Numbered from the stretch's first letter, positions 19,982 through 30,613 are shown. The stretch: DNA of 64,000 nucleotides from Alphaproteobacteria bacterium (GCA_965232465.1 OZ246977.1:580649-644648); one strand, 5' to 3'. Translations and numbers: made by a program. Notes: a model not told the origin generated them from the sequence alone.

Positions 19982-20650
19982 ATGGCACAAATTCCCTTAG
20001 ATTTTGCCTTTGACACAGATTATAGCCTCGATTCATATTTTGTCGATAAAAATATGGTGCCAAACCCACTGCATATGATTTTAAATCCGCAATTATGGGG
20101 GGATAATCTGTTGTTGGTATGTGGTAAAACTGCATCGGGAAAAACCCACCTTGCCCATATTTATGCCACCTATTATAAAATCCCCATATGGGACGGAGCA
20201 ACGATGACCATGAACGATTTATCGCACATGGTATACTGTGTTATTGATAATGTGGATAATATGTGCGAAGAAACCTTGTTTCATATGCTTAACCATATAA
20301 AACAAGTGTACATAAAATGTATGTTGACCAGCACCTGTGCGATACAAGGCATGCCATTTACCACCCCTGATGTTATATCCCGATTGCAACAGGCGATGTT
20401 GTTACCCTTAAAAAAGCCTTCTGATATGGTGTTACAAAATATTTTGTTAAAAACTTTACGGGATTATGGTTTGTTTTTACATACCGATGTTGTGTCGTAT
20501 ATTATTCCCAGACTACACCGTTCCTATGCGTCGGTGCAGGAATTTATAAATATCTTAAATACAAAATCATTATCAGAAAAAAACAATGCCACCATACCCT
20601 TTGTTAAAAAAATACTCGATGACTTAAACGCCCCACAATTTAAAATATAA
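19982..20650 (+). CDS. hdaA: DnaA-homologous regulatory protein HdaA (truncated AAA+ DnaA paralogue)
   Basis: It has a Walker-A-like motif 'LLLVCGKTASGKTHLAHI' and a DnaA domain III-like remainder, and is about 222 aa. The start was placed at the Met of MAQIPLDF, which overlaps the upstream stop. Confidence 0.65.
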   Translation: MAQIPLDFAFDTDYSLDSYFVDKNMVPNPLHMILNPQLWGDNLLLVCGKTASGKTHLAHIYATYYKIPIWDGATMTMNDLSHMVYCVIDNVDNMCEETLFHMLNHIKQVYIKCMLTSTCAIQGMPFTTPDVISRLQQAMLLPLKKPSDMVLQNILLKTLRDYGLFLHTDVVSYIIPRLHRSYASVQEFINILNTKSLSEKNNATIPFVKKILDDLNAPQFKI

Positions 20651-20663
20651 GGAAATGAAGCCG

Positions 20664-20861
20664 ATGCGTAAAATATATATATTGATATTATTGTCCAGTA
20701 TATACCCCAGTACCATTTTTGCGGATATACAGATTGTCAGCAAACAACAGATCATAACATCCAGCAATACAACAGATTTGGATAAAATCGATTTTTTATT
20801 CGTTAGGCATGATAGGATTACATTTGTAAATCCGCAAAAATCTATGCAGGATATAAAATAA
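20664..20861 (+). CDS. Hypothetical small secreted protein
   Basis: It is a 65-aa protein with the signal-like N-terminus MRKIYILILLSSIYPSTIFA. It is translationally coupled to the next ORF. Confidence 0.3.
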   Translation: MRKIYILILLSSIYPSTIFADIQIVSKQQIITSSNTTDLDKIDFLFVRHDRITFVNPQKSMQDIK

Positions 20862-21490
20862 TGCGAAAATTTTATGTATTTACTGTATCCATTATTTTAT
20901 CAGGCTGTATGGGATCTTCGATGGTGGATAGCACTGTACAACAGGTACAACCACAATTTTCCGCACTTGTATTACCTTTGACAGAATCGCAAACACAAAC
21001 GCAGGTTATTAAATCCCAAACAGGCGAAGGGGGCAAGGTTAGGGTGGAACAACATGCTTTTAAAGGGGGGCGGGTAACGGCTATTTTTGATTCCCGTTAC
21101 ATTGGCACCAGCTATCGTACAGACAAAACCCTTCTGCAAAAAATTATGAACAGCCCATATGTGGTGAATTTTATGGGGGAAAACCGCACATTAGGTACTA
21201 TTAAACGCCATAGACAAAGCAGTATTATTAACTATTTGAATCCTAATATTCTTAGCGACGATGCGGGTATTGCCCATTATGCAATGATAACAAATACGGC
21301 AAAAACAAAAATTTGCGGGGCATTTTCCATGTCCATATTACAAATGGAAACAAATGTGATTTTGGGTGTATCTGTCAGTAATTATAGAATTGTCGTCGAT
21401 GGCGTACTATGCACCAACATACATGACAAAAACGCCATACAAATGGAAGAATATACGCAACAATTTATAACCGCCATTAATCAAAGGTAA
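20861..21490 (+). CDS. Hypothetical lipoprotein
   Basis: The N-terminus MRKFYVFTVSIILSGC has a lipobox. It is 209 aa. Confidence 0.4.
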   Translation: MRKFYVFTVSIILSGCMGSSMVDSTVQQVQPQFSALVLPLTESQTQTQVIKSQTGEGGKVRVEQHAFKGGRVTAIFDSRYIGTSYRTDKTLLQKIMNSPYVVNFMGENRTLGTIKRHRQSSIINYLNPNILSDDAGIAHYAMITNTAKTKICGAFSMSILQMETNVILGVSVSNYRIVVDGVLCTNIHDKNAIQMEEYTQQFITAINQR

Positions 21491-21492
21491 AA

Positions 21493-21732
21493 CTATTTTT
21501 CATCGTTTGTATCCTTAATAAGATTCATAATCTGATAAGGATTGGTCTTCAACACATCACAAATAATAAAAAATTCAACAACTTCTAGTTTTCGTTCGCC
21601 TGTTTCGTATTTGTTAACGAAAGATGATGCTTTTTTTAAAATTCTGCTTAATTCTGTTTGCGTTAAATCCTGCCTTATCCTTGCAATCTTTAATTCCTTG
21701 GCAAGTTTCATCCGCTTTTCATATGTATTCAT
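21493..21732 (-). CDS. XRE-family helix-turn-helix transcriptional regulator
   Basis: The sequence 'LKIARIRQDLTQTELSRILKKASSFVNKYETGERK' is a Cro/C1-type HTH. The start was set at MNTYEK, giving 79 aa. Confidence 0.6.
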   Translation of the reverse strand: MNTYEKRMKLAKELKIARIRQDLTQTELSRILKKASSFVNKYETGERKLEVVEFFIICDVLKTNPYQIMNLIKDTNDEK

Positions 21733-21894
21733 TATACCACTCTTTATATGTGTTTGAAAATATATGAAAATAATACTATATAGATACATAACAGCAAAAA
21801 CCCTCTTTAAAAAACCTATTTTAGTATTTTTATATTGATATTAGTTTTTTATGTGATATAATAATGACTTTAATTATAGAAAGGAATTTAGTTT

Positions 21895-22137
21895 ATGCAA
21901 AAAATACCATGTATTCTAATAGTCGCTATTTTGATAAGTGCATGTACGCAACAAAATGTACCTAAGAAAGTTGATTCTGGCGTTAAAAATACCTTAACAC
22001 AAGGTGCTGTACAAATGACTGTTAAAGTAGGACAAACCACTAAAACAGATGTTATCGAAAACTTAGGTCCACCCAATATTACTAGTTTAGATGGTGATGG
22101 ACATGAAGAGAAGTGGCCCCCAAAAACTGGACAATGA
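21895..22137 (+). CDS. Hypothetical small lipoprotein; its 3' end runs into the IS3 left inverted repeat
   Basis: The N-terminus MQKIPCILIVAILISAC has a lipobox. The C-terminal residues '…EEKWPPKTGQ' are encoded by the IS terminal repeat, so the native 3' end has probably been replaced. Confidence 0.3.
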   Translation: MQKIPCILIVAILISACTQQNVPKKVDSGVKNTLTQGAVQMTVKVGQTTKTDVIENLGPPNITSLDGDGHEEKWPPKTGQ

Positions 22138-22189
22138 TTTAAGTTTCATTTATATTTCATTTATATATAGAAATAAGGAGATTTATTAA

Positions 22190-22501
22190 ATGAGTAAAAT
22201 ACGGAAGAATTACCCTGCTAAATTCAAAAAAGAGGTTGTTTTGGCAGTATTGCGTGATGACACGCCGATATCGGAATTATCGTCTCGTTTTGGAGTGCAT
22301 GCTACGGTTATTCAAAGGTGGAAGCGAGAGGCTGTTTGCTCTATTGAGGCAGGATTTTCAGGCAATCTTGACAAACAAAAGCATGATAGCGAAGCCCATG
22401 TTAAAGAGCTTCATGCCAAGATAGGTCAATTGACGATTGAACGGGATTTTTTGTCGGACATTTCGGATCGTTTAGGATTACAGGTTAAAAAAAAATGGTA
22501 A
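22190..22501 (+). CDS. IS3-family transposase OrfA (HTH)
   Basis: It has an HTH_Tnp_1-like N-terminus 'NYPAKFKKEVVLAVLRDDTPISELSSRFGVHATVIQRWKRE' and a leucine-zipper tail. Confidence 0.85.
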   Translation: MSKIRKNYPAKFKKEVVLAVLRDDTPISELSSRFGVHATVIQRWKREAVCSIEAGFSGNLDKQKHDSEAHVKELHAKIGQLTIERDFLSDISDRLGLQVKKKW

Positions 22502-23349
22502 ATTCTAATTCCCCCGATTTAAGTATTGTGCGTCAATGCGAGTTGCTTGGAATGAACCGTTCAAGTTATTACTATCAATGTAAAGAAGAGAGTGATTTTA
22601 ATGTGGAGTTGATGGAACAGATAGCCCAGCAACATTTACAAACGCCTTTTTATGGTGCGAGGCAAATGATGCGTCATTTAATCCGCCAAGGCTATAAGGT
22701 CGGCAGAAAACGCATCCGCAGGCTGATGAAGGTACTGAGGCTAAAAGCAATTTACCAAGAGCCAAAAACATCTACTATAAACCCGCAACATAAGGTGTAT
22801 CCGTATTTGTTGAGAAACTTGGATATTAACCGTCCTAATCAGGTTTGGTGTACAGATATTACTTATATCCCGATCAAACGAGGGTTTTTATATTTGGTTG
22901 CTGTTATGGATTGGTATAGTAGGAAGGTACTCTCATGGCGTTTATCTAATACGCTGGATAGTAGGTTTTGTGTTGAAGCGTTAAATGATGCTTTGGCAAA
23001 ATACCCCACCCCAGAGATATTTAATACAGACCAAGGCAGTCAGTTTACTTCCCTTGATTTTACGGATACCTTAAAAGATAATGGTATTCGTATATCTATG
23101 GATGGTAAAGGGTGTTGGAAGGATAATGTCATAATTGAAAGATTTTGGAAATCATTGAAGTATGAATGTGTTTATTTGCAAGCATTTACCAGCGGTGTAA
23201 TGGCTAAGGAAAGCATAAGAAAATGGCTTAAATTTTACAACCAAGATAGACCCCATTCACATTTCGGTTTGACAACACCCGCAGAAACATATACAATGCA
23301 TTCTCATGCAAAAGAAGTTCCGCCTACGGCTACACTTACTTTTACATGA
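22495..23349 (+). CDS. IS3-family transposase OrfB (DDE integrase core)
   Basis: It has an rve-type DDE core (…VWCTDITYIP…NTDQGSQFTS…). It is probably expressed as an OrfAB fusion by a -1 frameshift at TTAAAAAAAAATGG (22486..22496). Confidence 0.85.
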   Translation: MVNSNSPDLSIVRQCELLGMNRSSYYYQCKEESDFNVELMEQIAQQHLQTPFYGARQMMRHLIRQGYKVGRKRIRRLMKVLRLKAIYQEPKTSTINPQHKVYPYLLRNLDINRPNQVWCTDITYIPIKRGFLYLVAVMDWYSRKVLSWRLSNTLDSRFCVEALNDALAKYPTPEIFNTDQGSQFTSLDFTDTLKDNGIRISMDGKGCWKDNVIIERFWKSLKYECVYLQAFTSGVMAKESIRKWLKFYNQDRPHSHFGLTTPAETYTMHSHAKEVPPTATLTFT

Positions 23350-23422
23350 GAATATACATATTTAACCACATAAGTGAAGCTTAAAATAGGCTTAGTACTG
23401 TCCTAACAAAGGGGACCACCTC

Positions 23423-24116
23423 TCACAGCTAGGTAAACCGCCTTGTTGATAATAACATGGGTATCACGGGTTTTAATGTGTATACAGTCCAGATAAACAA
23501 TGGGATAAATACTATTAAGCGGTCTGTTTTGCCATGCGTTAATGTCATCTATGACTTTGTCCGTAACAGTTGAAATCAATTCATGGGACACTTCTGTTCC
23601 ATAAATCTCATAAATATATTGCTGTATTTCCCGCATAGTCATGCCACGGGCGTACATGGATATAACTTTATCATCAAAGCCATCAAATCGCCGAGCATTT
23701 TTTGGAATAAACTGGGGTTCATAATCGTTATCTCTGTCCCGTGGTATGCGTAAATTTAAACTATCATTGTCACTGATAACGGTTTTGGAGTAATGTCCAT
23801 TACGGCGATTTGTAGTACTTTTGGGGGATTTATCATGCTTTTGATAGCCAAGGTGATGTTCCATTTCCCCGTCAAGGATACCGTTGGCAAGGCTTTGTTT
23901 CAAAGATTGAAAAAAGCCATCAGCACCAAACAATTCCTGCCCTTCGGCTTGTTGCAATAGTTGCTTGATCAAATCAGGGTTAATCTCTGGTCTAGTATTT
24001 AACTTCTTGGTTCTTTTCGTCATAAGTAAGTCTCCTTAATTCTGTATGTGTTATATTGGGAATATTCCCAATATAACACATGGGTTAATAAAGTCTACTT
24101 ACACAAACTTTCTGAC
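23423..24116 (-). pseudogene. 5' fragment of an IS256-family element with a truncated transposase, interrupted by the IS3 'a' insertion
   Basis: ORF 23403..24023 is essentially identical to the first roughly 200 aa of the intact IS256 transposase at 34640..35881. It diverges exactly at the IS3 terminus. The IS256 left inverted repeat 'gtaagtagactttattaac…' lies at 24070..24116. Confidence 0.8.
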
Positions 24117-24186
24117 ATACCCGTATTATTTATATTTTTTAGTATTTATACTTTCTTTTTAATTTTTTCACATATCTGCAATGTAA

Positions 24187-24388
24187 AAATAGAAGAAATA
24201 GAGTGTATATTTATTGTAGCAGTAGCAGTTGTAGCGATATTTATTTTTATTTTATACTTAAATCTTTTGAATACAATGTGTATGAGAACTAAAAAAATGT
24301 CAGATTGTAATGTAAATTATAAATTTGAGACACGGAAGGCAAAAAATAACATTCATAAAAAATGTTAAGATTTTACAGAATAATACAG
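24187..24388 (+). repeat. 200-bp direct repeat, copy A, flanking the IS cluster
   Basis: It is about 90% identical to 26027..26230. It contains the small ORF '…MSDCNVNYKFETRKAK…'. Confidence 0.8.
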
Positions 24389-24756
24389 AGGTGGTTCCCC
24401 TTGTTAGGACAGTACTAAGCCTACTTTAAGCTTCACTTATGTGGTTAAATATGTATATTCTCATGTATAAGTGTAGCCGTAGGCGGAACTTCTTTTGCAT
24501 GAGAATGCATTGTATATGTTTCTGCGGGTGTTGTCAAACCGAAATGTGAATGGGGTCTATCTTGGTTGTAAAATTTAAGCCATTTTCTTATGCTTGCCTT
24601 AGCCATTACACCGCTGGTAAATGCTTGCAAATAAACACATTCATACTTCAATGATTTCCAAAATCTTTCAATTATGACATTATCCTTCCAACACCCTTTA
24701 CCATCCATAGATATACGAATACCATTATCTTTTAAGGTATTCCGTGACCAGCCCCA
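24389..24756 (-). pseudogene. 3' fragment of a second IS3 'a'-type copy (orfB C-terminus), truncated by insertion of another IS
   Basis: ORF 24445..24708 is more than 95% identical to the C-terminal 85 aa of OrfB of IS3 'a'. The terminal repeat 'aggtggttccccttgttaggacagtactaagcc' lies at 24389..24421. Confidence 0.8.
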
Positions 24757-24799
24757 CTGATTTGGTCCATTTTTAGGTTAGCACTTTTTTGCTCTATTG

Positions 24800-25675
24800 T
24801 CAATGATATTTGTCATGTAGCGTAGCGGAATGACGGATGTCATTGACAATGGGCTGCGTTTTTGGCACTGGTGGATTGTACCCCAACGCACTATGCGGAC
24901 GGATATGATTGTATTCATACCGCCAGTTTTCTATGACAGCTTGTGCCTCAGTTAAAGTATCAAATATCTCCCTGTTCAAGCACTCATCCCGAAGTTTACC
25001 ATTAAAACTTTCATTATAACCATTCTGCCATGGACTGCCCTTATCAATATATGCTGTATCCACCTGCATACGCTTCAACCAACCTTGTAGCATATGGGCT
25101 ATAAATTCGGATCCATTGTCAGAACGGATATGCTTAGGCATACCTTTTGTGATAAACAACCTGCCCATAATATCCAATACATCCGTACTGTTCAGTTTAT
25201 GCCGAACATCAATGGTTAAGCATTCTCGGCTATGTTCATCTATAACCGTTAATATTTTAATGCTTTTACCACTTCTGAGTTTGTCATGCACAAAATCATA
25301 ACTCCATATATGATTTTGATACTCAGGACGAAGTTTAATACAGCTCCCATCACCAGCATTTGAACTGCGGGGTTTGGGTATTTTCTGTGGCACTTGTAGT
25401 CCCTCCTTCTTCCAAAGCCGTTCAATCCGTTTATGGTTTACACACCAACCATAATTTTTTAATAAGGCACATATCCGCCGATAACCATATCTAGGGTATT
25501 TTTGTGCTAGACGGTGCATATCTGATATTAAACGGCTTTCCTCATCAACATCTCGTTTCACATAACGAACCGTAGAGCGATGTGTCTTGAATAAACTACA
25601 TAAACGCCGTTCTGATACATTGTAAAAAAACTTGGCTTTGCCAATAAAGCTTTTTACCCCGCCAGCACCTACCAC
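24800..25675 (-). CDS. IS3-family transposase OrfB (DDE integrase core)
   Basis: It has an rve core with '…[11 protein letters not shown]…' and 'SDNGSEF' motifs. It overlaps orfA by 7 nt. Confidence 0.8.
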   Translation of the reverse strand: MVGAGGVKSFIGKAKFFYNVSERRLCSLFKTHRSTVRYVKRDVDEESRLISDMHRLAQKYPRYGYRRICALLKNYGWCVNHKRIERLWKKEGLQVPQKIPKPRSSNAGDGSCIKLRPEYQNHIWSYDFVHDKLRSGKSIKILTVIDEHSRECLTIDVRHKLNSTDVLDIMGRLFITKGMPKHIRSDNGSEFIAHMLQGWLKRMQVDTAYIDKGSPWQNGYNESFNGKLRDECLNREIFDTLTEAQAVIENWRYEYNHIRPHSALGYNPPVPKTQPIVNDIRHSATLHDKYH

Positions 25676-25953
25676 TTTCCCGAGTTAAATTCCTTTAAGA
25701 TTTGATTGTCTAAACTCAAATCAGCAACAAGCTTCTTTAAACGGGCATTCTCATCCAATAATGCTTTTAAATCTTTGGCATGATTAACATCCATACCACC
25801 ATATTGTTTGCGCCACTTGTAATAAGTCGCATCTGATATGCCTAAATCACGGCACATAACACTGACTGTCATACCTGATGATAACTTAATCTCTGCATCC
25901 CGTAATATACGGATAATTTGTTCTATACTCCGGGCTTTCCTATTCTTTGACAT
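25669..25953 (-). CDS. IS3-family transposase OrfA
   Basis: The sequence '[45 protein letters not shown]' is the IS3/IS2-group HTH. Confidence 0.8.
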   Translation of the reverse strand: MSKNRKARSIEQIIRILRDAEIKLSSGMTVSVMCRDLGISDATYYKWRKQYGGMDVNHAKDLKALLDENARLKKLVADLSLDNQILKEFNSGKW

Positions 25954-26026
25954 CTTAAAATCCTTTCATAATTTAGATAAAGCAATACTAACTTATTTTT
26001 GGACCAATTTATAGGGGGCAGGTCAA

Positions 26027-26230
26027 AAATAAAAGAAATAGCGTGTATATTCATTGTAGTAGTAGCAGTTGTAGCTACATTCATTTTTATTTTATACTTA
26101 AATCTTTTGGATATAAATATGATATGTATAAAAACCAAAAAAATGTCAGATTGTGATGTAAATTATAAATTTGAGACACGGAAGGCAAAAAAACACTCAT
26201 AAAAAATGTTAAGATGTTACAGAATAATAC
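26027..26230 (+). repeat. 200-bp direct repeat, copy B
   Basis: See copy A. It begins 16 bp beyond the IS3 'c' terminus. Confidence 0.8.
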
Positions 26231-26265
26231 AATTTTACTTTATAAAGTGAAATAAGAGATGTCCT

Positions 26266-26604
26266 TTAATTCCCTTCGCCCGGTTGTTTACTAAAATATT
26301 TTTCGAATTTGCCTTCGACACCATTCATTTCGTCTGCGTTGGGGAAGGGATCTCTTTTTTCGCTGATATTAGGCCAGATTTCTGAAAATTCTCGGTTCAT
26401 TTCCAACCATTGTTCCGCTTGTTCGTCTGTGTCGGAAAATATGGCTTCGGCGGGGCATTCTGGTTCACAGACGCCACAGTCTATGCATTCATCAGGATGG
26501 ATAACCAGCGTATTTTCCCCCACATAAAAGCAATCGACGGGGCATACATCGACACAATCCGTGTATACGCACATGATACAATTTTCGCCCACTACATATG
26601 TCAT
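26266..26604 (-). CDS. fdxA: 7Fe ferredoxin (FdxA type, [3Fe-4S][4Fe-4S])
   Basis: The sequence '[31 protein letters not shown]…[17 protein letters not shown]' has the canonical cysteine spacing of Azotobacter-type ferredoxin I. Confidence 0.85.
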   Translation of the reverse strand: MTYVVGENCIMCVYTDCVDVCPVDCFYVGENTLVIHPDECIDCGVCEPECPAEAIFSDTDEQAEQWLEMNREFSEIWPNISEKRDPFPNADEMNGVEGKFEKYFSKQPGEGN

Positions 26605-26629
26605 ATTTGTATTCCCCGTGGGTATTCCT

Positions 26630-28216
26630 TTAATGTTTAAAGTGTCGCATATTTGTAAACACCATGGTGATACCAGCTTTGTTGGCCGTGTCTATGACTT
26701 CTTGGTCGTTGCGGCTGCCCCCTGGTTGGATAATGGCGGTTGCCCCCGATTGCACACATAATTCCAATGCATCTTTAAATGGAAAGAACGCATCGGATGC
26801 GACCACAGAGCCCATACAGCCTAAGAACTTATTACCTTTTTCTGCCCCCAGTCTTGCCGAATCTATACGGGACATTTGCCCCGCCCCAATGCCGACAGTT
26901 TGCCCATTTTTTGCATATACAATCGCATTTGATTTTACATGCTTACACGCCTTCCACGCAAATATCAAATCCGCCCACTCCCTATCCGTCGGGACACGGT
27001 CGGTTACCACTTTACAATCGCCCTGTTTTACCATGCCACAATCCCGTGATTGCACCAACAGACCACCAGCAAGGTGTTTTATCACATTCCCCCCATCGTG
27101 GGTATTACAGATGGCACCTGTTGCTAACAAGCGCAAATTTTCCCATGAGGATAAAACCTCAATCGCTTCGTCGGTGAACGATGGGGCAATAATGACTTCC
27201 AAGAAAATTTGCCCCAAATTATTGGTAAAATCCATATCAACAGTCTTGTTAAACGCCACAATTCCCCCAAAGGCCGACTCAGGGTCACAGGCTAATGCCT
27301 TTTGCCACGCATCGGCAACCGATTCCCCAATGGCAATGCCACAGGGATTGGCATGCTTTATAATTGCACATGCAGGGGTCTTTTTGTATTCACACACCAT
27401 TTCAAACGCCGCATCCGCATCGTTTAAGTTATTATATGACAATTTCTTGCCTTGTAATTGTTTTGATTTTGTTACTCCATGGCGGTTTTCATGGGTTTCA
27501 TACAAAGCCGATTTTTGATGGGGATTTTCCCCATATCGTAATTGTTGTTTTAATGTTCCCACCGCAAAAATAGTTTGAGGCGTGTCCTCCCCCATACTTT
27601 TACACATCCAATTGGCGATATGGCTGTCGTACATTGCCGTGTGGCTGAACGCAGATAACGCCAATTTACGGCGTGTTTTTAAAGTGGTCGCCCCATCGTT
27701 GTTGTGCATTTCGTTTAATATGGTTTGATATTGGCTATTATCGGTAATAATGGTTGTATGTTTATGGTTTTTTGCACACGAACGTACCATAGAGGGTCCG
27801 CCAATATCAATACTTTCAATACAGTCTTCGAAACTGGCACCAGATTCCACCATATGCACAAATGGATATAAATTAACCACCACCATATCGATCGGTGATA
27901 TGTAATGTGCCTCCATTGATAGCATGTGTTTTTGATTGTCCCTGTCCGCTAATATCCCCCCGTGCACCAAAGGGTGTAAAGTTTTAACCCGTCCATCCAT
28001 AATTTCCGGAAATCCCGTATAGGATGACACATCGGTAATCGGAATATTAGCTTCTTTTAACGCCCGTGCTGTCCCCCCAGTCGACAAGATATGCACATCG
28101 TGTTTTATCAACCCTTCGACAAAATCAATAAGTCCCATTTTATCGGATACAGATATAAGTGCCCGTACAATTTTAACATTTGTGCCTTCAACTTTAACAT
28201 CTTTGTTTTCAACCAT
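26630..28216 (-). CDS. purH: Bifunctional AICAR transformylase / IMP cyclohydrolase
   Basis: It has an MGS-like N-terminal domain (…[10 protein letters not shown]…) and an AICARFT domain. It is 528 aa. Confidence 0.9.
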   Translation of the reverse strand: MVENKDVKVEGTNVKIVRALISVSDKMGLIDFVEGLIKHDVHILSTGGTARALKEANIPITDVSSYTGFPEIMDGRVKTLHPLVHGGILADRDNQKHMLSMEAHYISPIDMVVVNLYPFVHMVESGASFEDCIESIDIGGPSMVRSCAKNHKHTTIITDNSQYQTILNEMHNNDGATTLKTRRKLALSAFSHTAMYDSHIANWMCKSMGEDTPQTIFAVGTLKQQLRYGENPHQKSALYETHENRHGVTKSKQLQGKKLSYNNLNDADAAFEMVCEYKKTPACAIIKHANPCGIAIGESVADAWQKALACDPESAFGGIVAFNKTVDMDFTNNLGQIFLEVIIAPSFTDEAIEVLSSWENLRLLATGAICNTHDGGNVIKHLAGGLLVQSRDCGMVKQGDCKVVTDRVPTDREWADLIFAWKACKHVKSNAIVYAKNGQTVGIGAGQMSRIDSARLGAEKGNKFLGCMGSVVASDAFFPFKDALELCVQSGATAIIQPGGSRNDQEVIDTANKAGITMVFTNMRHFKH

Positions 28217-28307
28217 GTAATATATTCCTTATTATTGTATATAGCCTGTGTCCTTGTAGTATACTGTTTGATTTTAATATCCATATATACCACATTTCAC
28301 AGAAAAA

Positions 28308-29933
28308 TCACCCTTTATCTAAATGAAAAGACCAGTCGATGTGTATTTGTTTTTCCCCCAGTATTTCTGGGGTAAAATGTTGTTTTAAAACAATCTGTTG
28401 CGTAGGTTTATACATATGATTTTCATCGATATAATAACTTTTTTCAATATAAATTTGGCAATTTTTCGCTTTAAATATAAGAAAATGTTTCGCCTTGTTT
28501 AAAATCAAAACCACCTGTCTGGATTCTAATATTGTCACTCGTATATTGGGGTGTAGGTGAAATCGCACGGCAATATCCATCGGCTGGACCAAGGAAAAAT
28601 CGTTCTTAAATACCACTGAATCCCGTCCGCACATGATATGTCCATTTGTGTGCATCCCGATGTGGCGTTCGACTTTGACCCCAAACACTTTTTCGTATGC
28701 TGTGTGGGCGGTTTTAAGTACTTTCCAATCGCCTATATCTTGCGATTTTGTGTTGATCACATGGGGGGTATAGTCCTTTTTTCTGAAATTTTTGTGTTGT
28801 AATTTATGAATGGGTATTGTATTGGTGTTGTTGATAACCAATACATTGTGGGCGGCAGAATACTGGCACTTAATCCCCATACTTTGTGTATATCCACAGG
28901 CAACACATATGGGGTGTCCTTTATAATACAGGGTGATACCCAGTATGCCCCCATTATCGGTGGAATGCCCCATACGAGTTTGGGCGTCAAGGTATACATT
29001 AAGTGCAGGCGTTTTGTACATAAAATATCCACTGTGATATAACGCAGGTACAATATGGCGTTCTTTTTTAAATGAGTTTTCTATCATATGATATGCATAA
29101 TTTAAGGCACTGGTCCCCGCCATATGGGAAAAATCCTTATTTACATTATAAAAAAATCGCACCACTTGCCACATTTTATCCACATATGAATCCAGTATTT
29201 CTGGAACATCAGCTTGCATTTTATGCAGGCTAGCACGCACATATACACAGATTTTTAATACTTCTAGGTGCGTAGGCAAATGTCCTCGAACAAATCCATC
29301 TTCGTCGATAATAGTCTCTAAAATCGTTGTAAATTTTTTTAATAACTGGGAAATGGGCAAGTCTTCATCACCAATACTTAATCCCGTACAAATAATCGCC
29401 CGTAAATTTTGTAATTGTTGTATATGCGTTTGGGGGGGGTGAAACATAGACGCATTGGATACATATTGCAAATACTGATAATGTATGGCGATGATATGAT
29501 GAAAGTGTTGGCGATCCGTATGTGATATGCCCATGACTAACGATTCATAATGGCTCAGCCATGTACATAGGCGTTTTGCGGTAATATCTGTGTGCCATGC
29601 GGAAAAATCCATTTTGTAAGTTGTATGCCACTGCATAATCCATGACATACATTTTTTAAACTCGACCGACGATCGAATATGTAACATCCATTCAAAACTG
29701 TGGGCATGTTGTATCCATGCGTCGGGGGTTTGTGGGGGGTATGCAAAGGGGGTATCATGGGTGATAACCGTGTGCCCTTGCCATGTAAAAGTACCTTGTT
29801 GATACAAATCTCCTTTATTGGCATCTGACGACCAACACTTGGGTAACTCCTGAACTTTTTGCACAAGATTCTTATGAGACTTAAACGCCCGCCACAGGTT
29901 AATTTTATATAAAAAGTGGTGAAATATGGACAT
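28308..29933 (-). CDS. Heparinase II/III-like family protein
   Basis: It is 541 aa. A gene of this family is conserved immediately downstream of purH in many Alphaproteobacteria. The assignment rests on position and general composition only. Confidence 0.5.
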   Translation of the reverse strand: MSIFHHFLYKINLWRAFKSHKNLVQKVQELPKCWSSDANKGDLYQQGTFTWQGHTVITHDTPFAYPPQTPDAWIQHAHSFEWMLHIRSSVEFKKCMSWIMQWHTTYKMDFSAWHTDITAKRLCTWLSHYESLVMGISHTDRQHFHHIIAIHYQYLQYVSNASMFHPPQTHIQQLQNLRAIICTGLSIGDEDLPISQLLKKFTTILETIIDEDGFVRGHLPTHLEVLKICVYVRASLHKMQADVPEILDSYVDKMWQVVRFFYNVNKDFSHMAGTSALNYAYHMIENSFKKERHIVPALYHSGYFMYKTPALNVYLDAQTRMGHSTDNGGILGITLYYKGHPICVACGYTQSMGIKCQYSAAHNVLVINNTNTIPIHKLQHKNFRKKDYTPHVINTKSQDIGDWKVLKTAHTAYEKVFGVKVERHIGMHTNGHIMCGRDSVVFKNDFSLVQPMDIAVRFHLHPNIRVTILESRQVVLILNKAKHFLIFKAKNCQIYIEKSYYIDENHMYKPTQQIVLKQHFTPEILGEKQIHIDWSFHLDKG

Positions 29934-29947
29934 TTGTTTGGGGCATC

Positions 29948-30595
29948 TTATGCGGTACGCATATTATATATGGCACTTTGGTAACATGGGGTATTAAATA
30001 TGGCCGTACCAGCAACCAATACATTTGCCCCAGCGGCTTTGACAAATGGCGAGGTATCAATGGTAATGCCCCCATCCACTTGAATATCAATGGGGCGGTT
30101 TTGCGTATCTGCCATATGGCGAATGGTGCGGATTTTATCACATTGATTATACATAAATTTTTGTCCACCAAACCCGGGGTACACAGTCATAACCACAATA
30201 TAATCCACCACATCGATTATGGGCAATAAGGCTGTGGCGGGTGTATCAGGGGAAATGGCAACCCCCCCCCATAAACCCGCATGTTTGATTTTTGCCAAAC
30301 ATTTTTCAATGTCATCCGTTTCAATGTGGGCGGAAATACTGTCGGCACCTGCGTCGATAAACGCATTTAAGTATGGCATCACAGGGTCAATCATCAAATG
30401 TACATCCATGCGTTTTTTGCTGTGCGGTTTTATTGCCTGTAACACACATGCACCAAATGAAATATTCGGCACAAAGTGTCCATCCATAACATCGATATGA
30501 ATCCAATCACACCCCCCCATATCAATGGATTGTATTTCCTGTTGCAAATTGGCAAAATCACAGGCTAAAATAGAAGGGGCAATTTTAATATCCAT
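29948..30595 (-). CDS. rpe: Ribulose-phosphate 3-epimerase
   Basis: The sequence 'IAPSILACDFANLQQEI…IHIDVMDGHFVPNISFG' matches the Rpe signature. It is 215 aa. Confidence 0.9.
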   Translation of the reverse strand: MDIKIAPSILACDFANLQQEIQSIDMGGCDWIHIDVMDGHFVPNISFGACVLQAIKPHSKKRMDVHLMIDPVMPYLNAFIDAGADSISAHIETDDIEKCLAKIKHAGLWGGVAISPDTPATALLPIIDVVDYIVVMTVYPGFGGQKFMYNQCDKIRTIRHMADTQNRPIDIQVDGGITIDTSPFVKAAGANVLVAGTAIFNTPCYQSAIYNMRTA

Positions 30596-30613
30596 AAAAC
30601 ATATTTCAAATAC

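Larger units (their letters stand above)
22112..23422 (+). mobile_element. IS3-family insertion sequence, copy 'a', with orfA and orfB
   Basis: The terminal inverted repeats are 'agagaagtggcccccaaaaactggacaatg…' at the left and '…cattgttaggacagtac…ggggaccacctct' at the right. orfA (22190..22501) and orfB (22495..23349) overlap at an A9 slippery run. Confidence 0.8.
24757..26010 (-). mobile_element. Distinct IS3-family insertion sequence 'c', with orfA and orfB
   Basis: The inverted repeats are 'tttggtccatttttaggttagcac' (24760..) and 'aagcaatactaacttatttttggaccaat' (..26010). orfA is 25669..25953 and orfB is 24800..25675. Confidence 0.75.

Noticed and set aside
24048-24368. 106-aa plus-strand ORF and its 67-aa paralogue (25999..26202) inside the 200-bp repeats
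   Set aside because: Both are hydrophobic and low-complexity and fall entirely within repeat/IS-flanking DNA without convincing start signals. They are recorded as repeats rather than genes, although the shared C-terminal peptide is noted in the findings.
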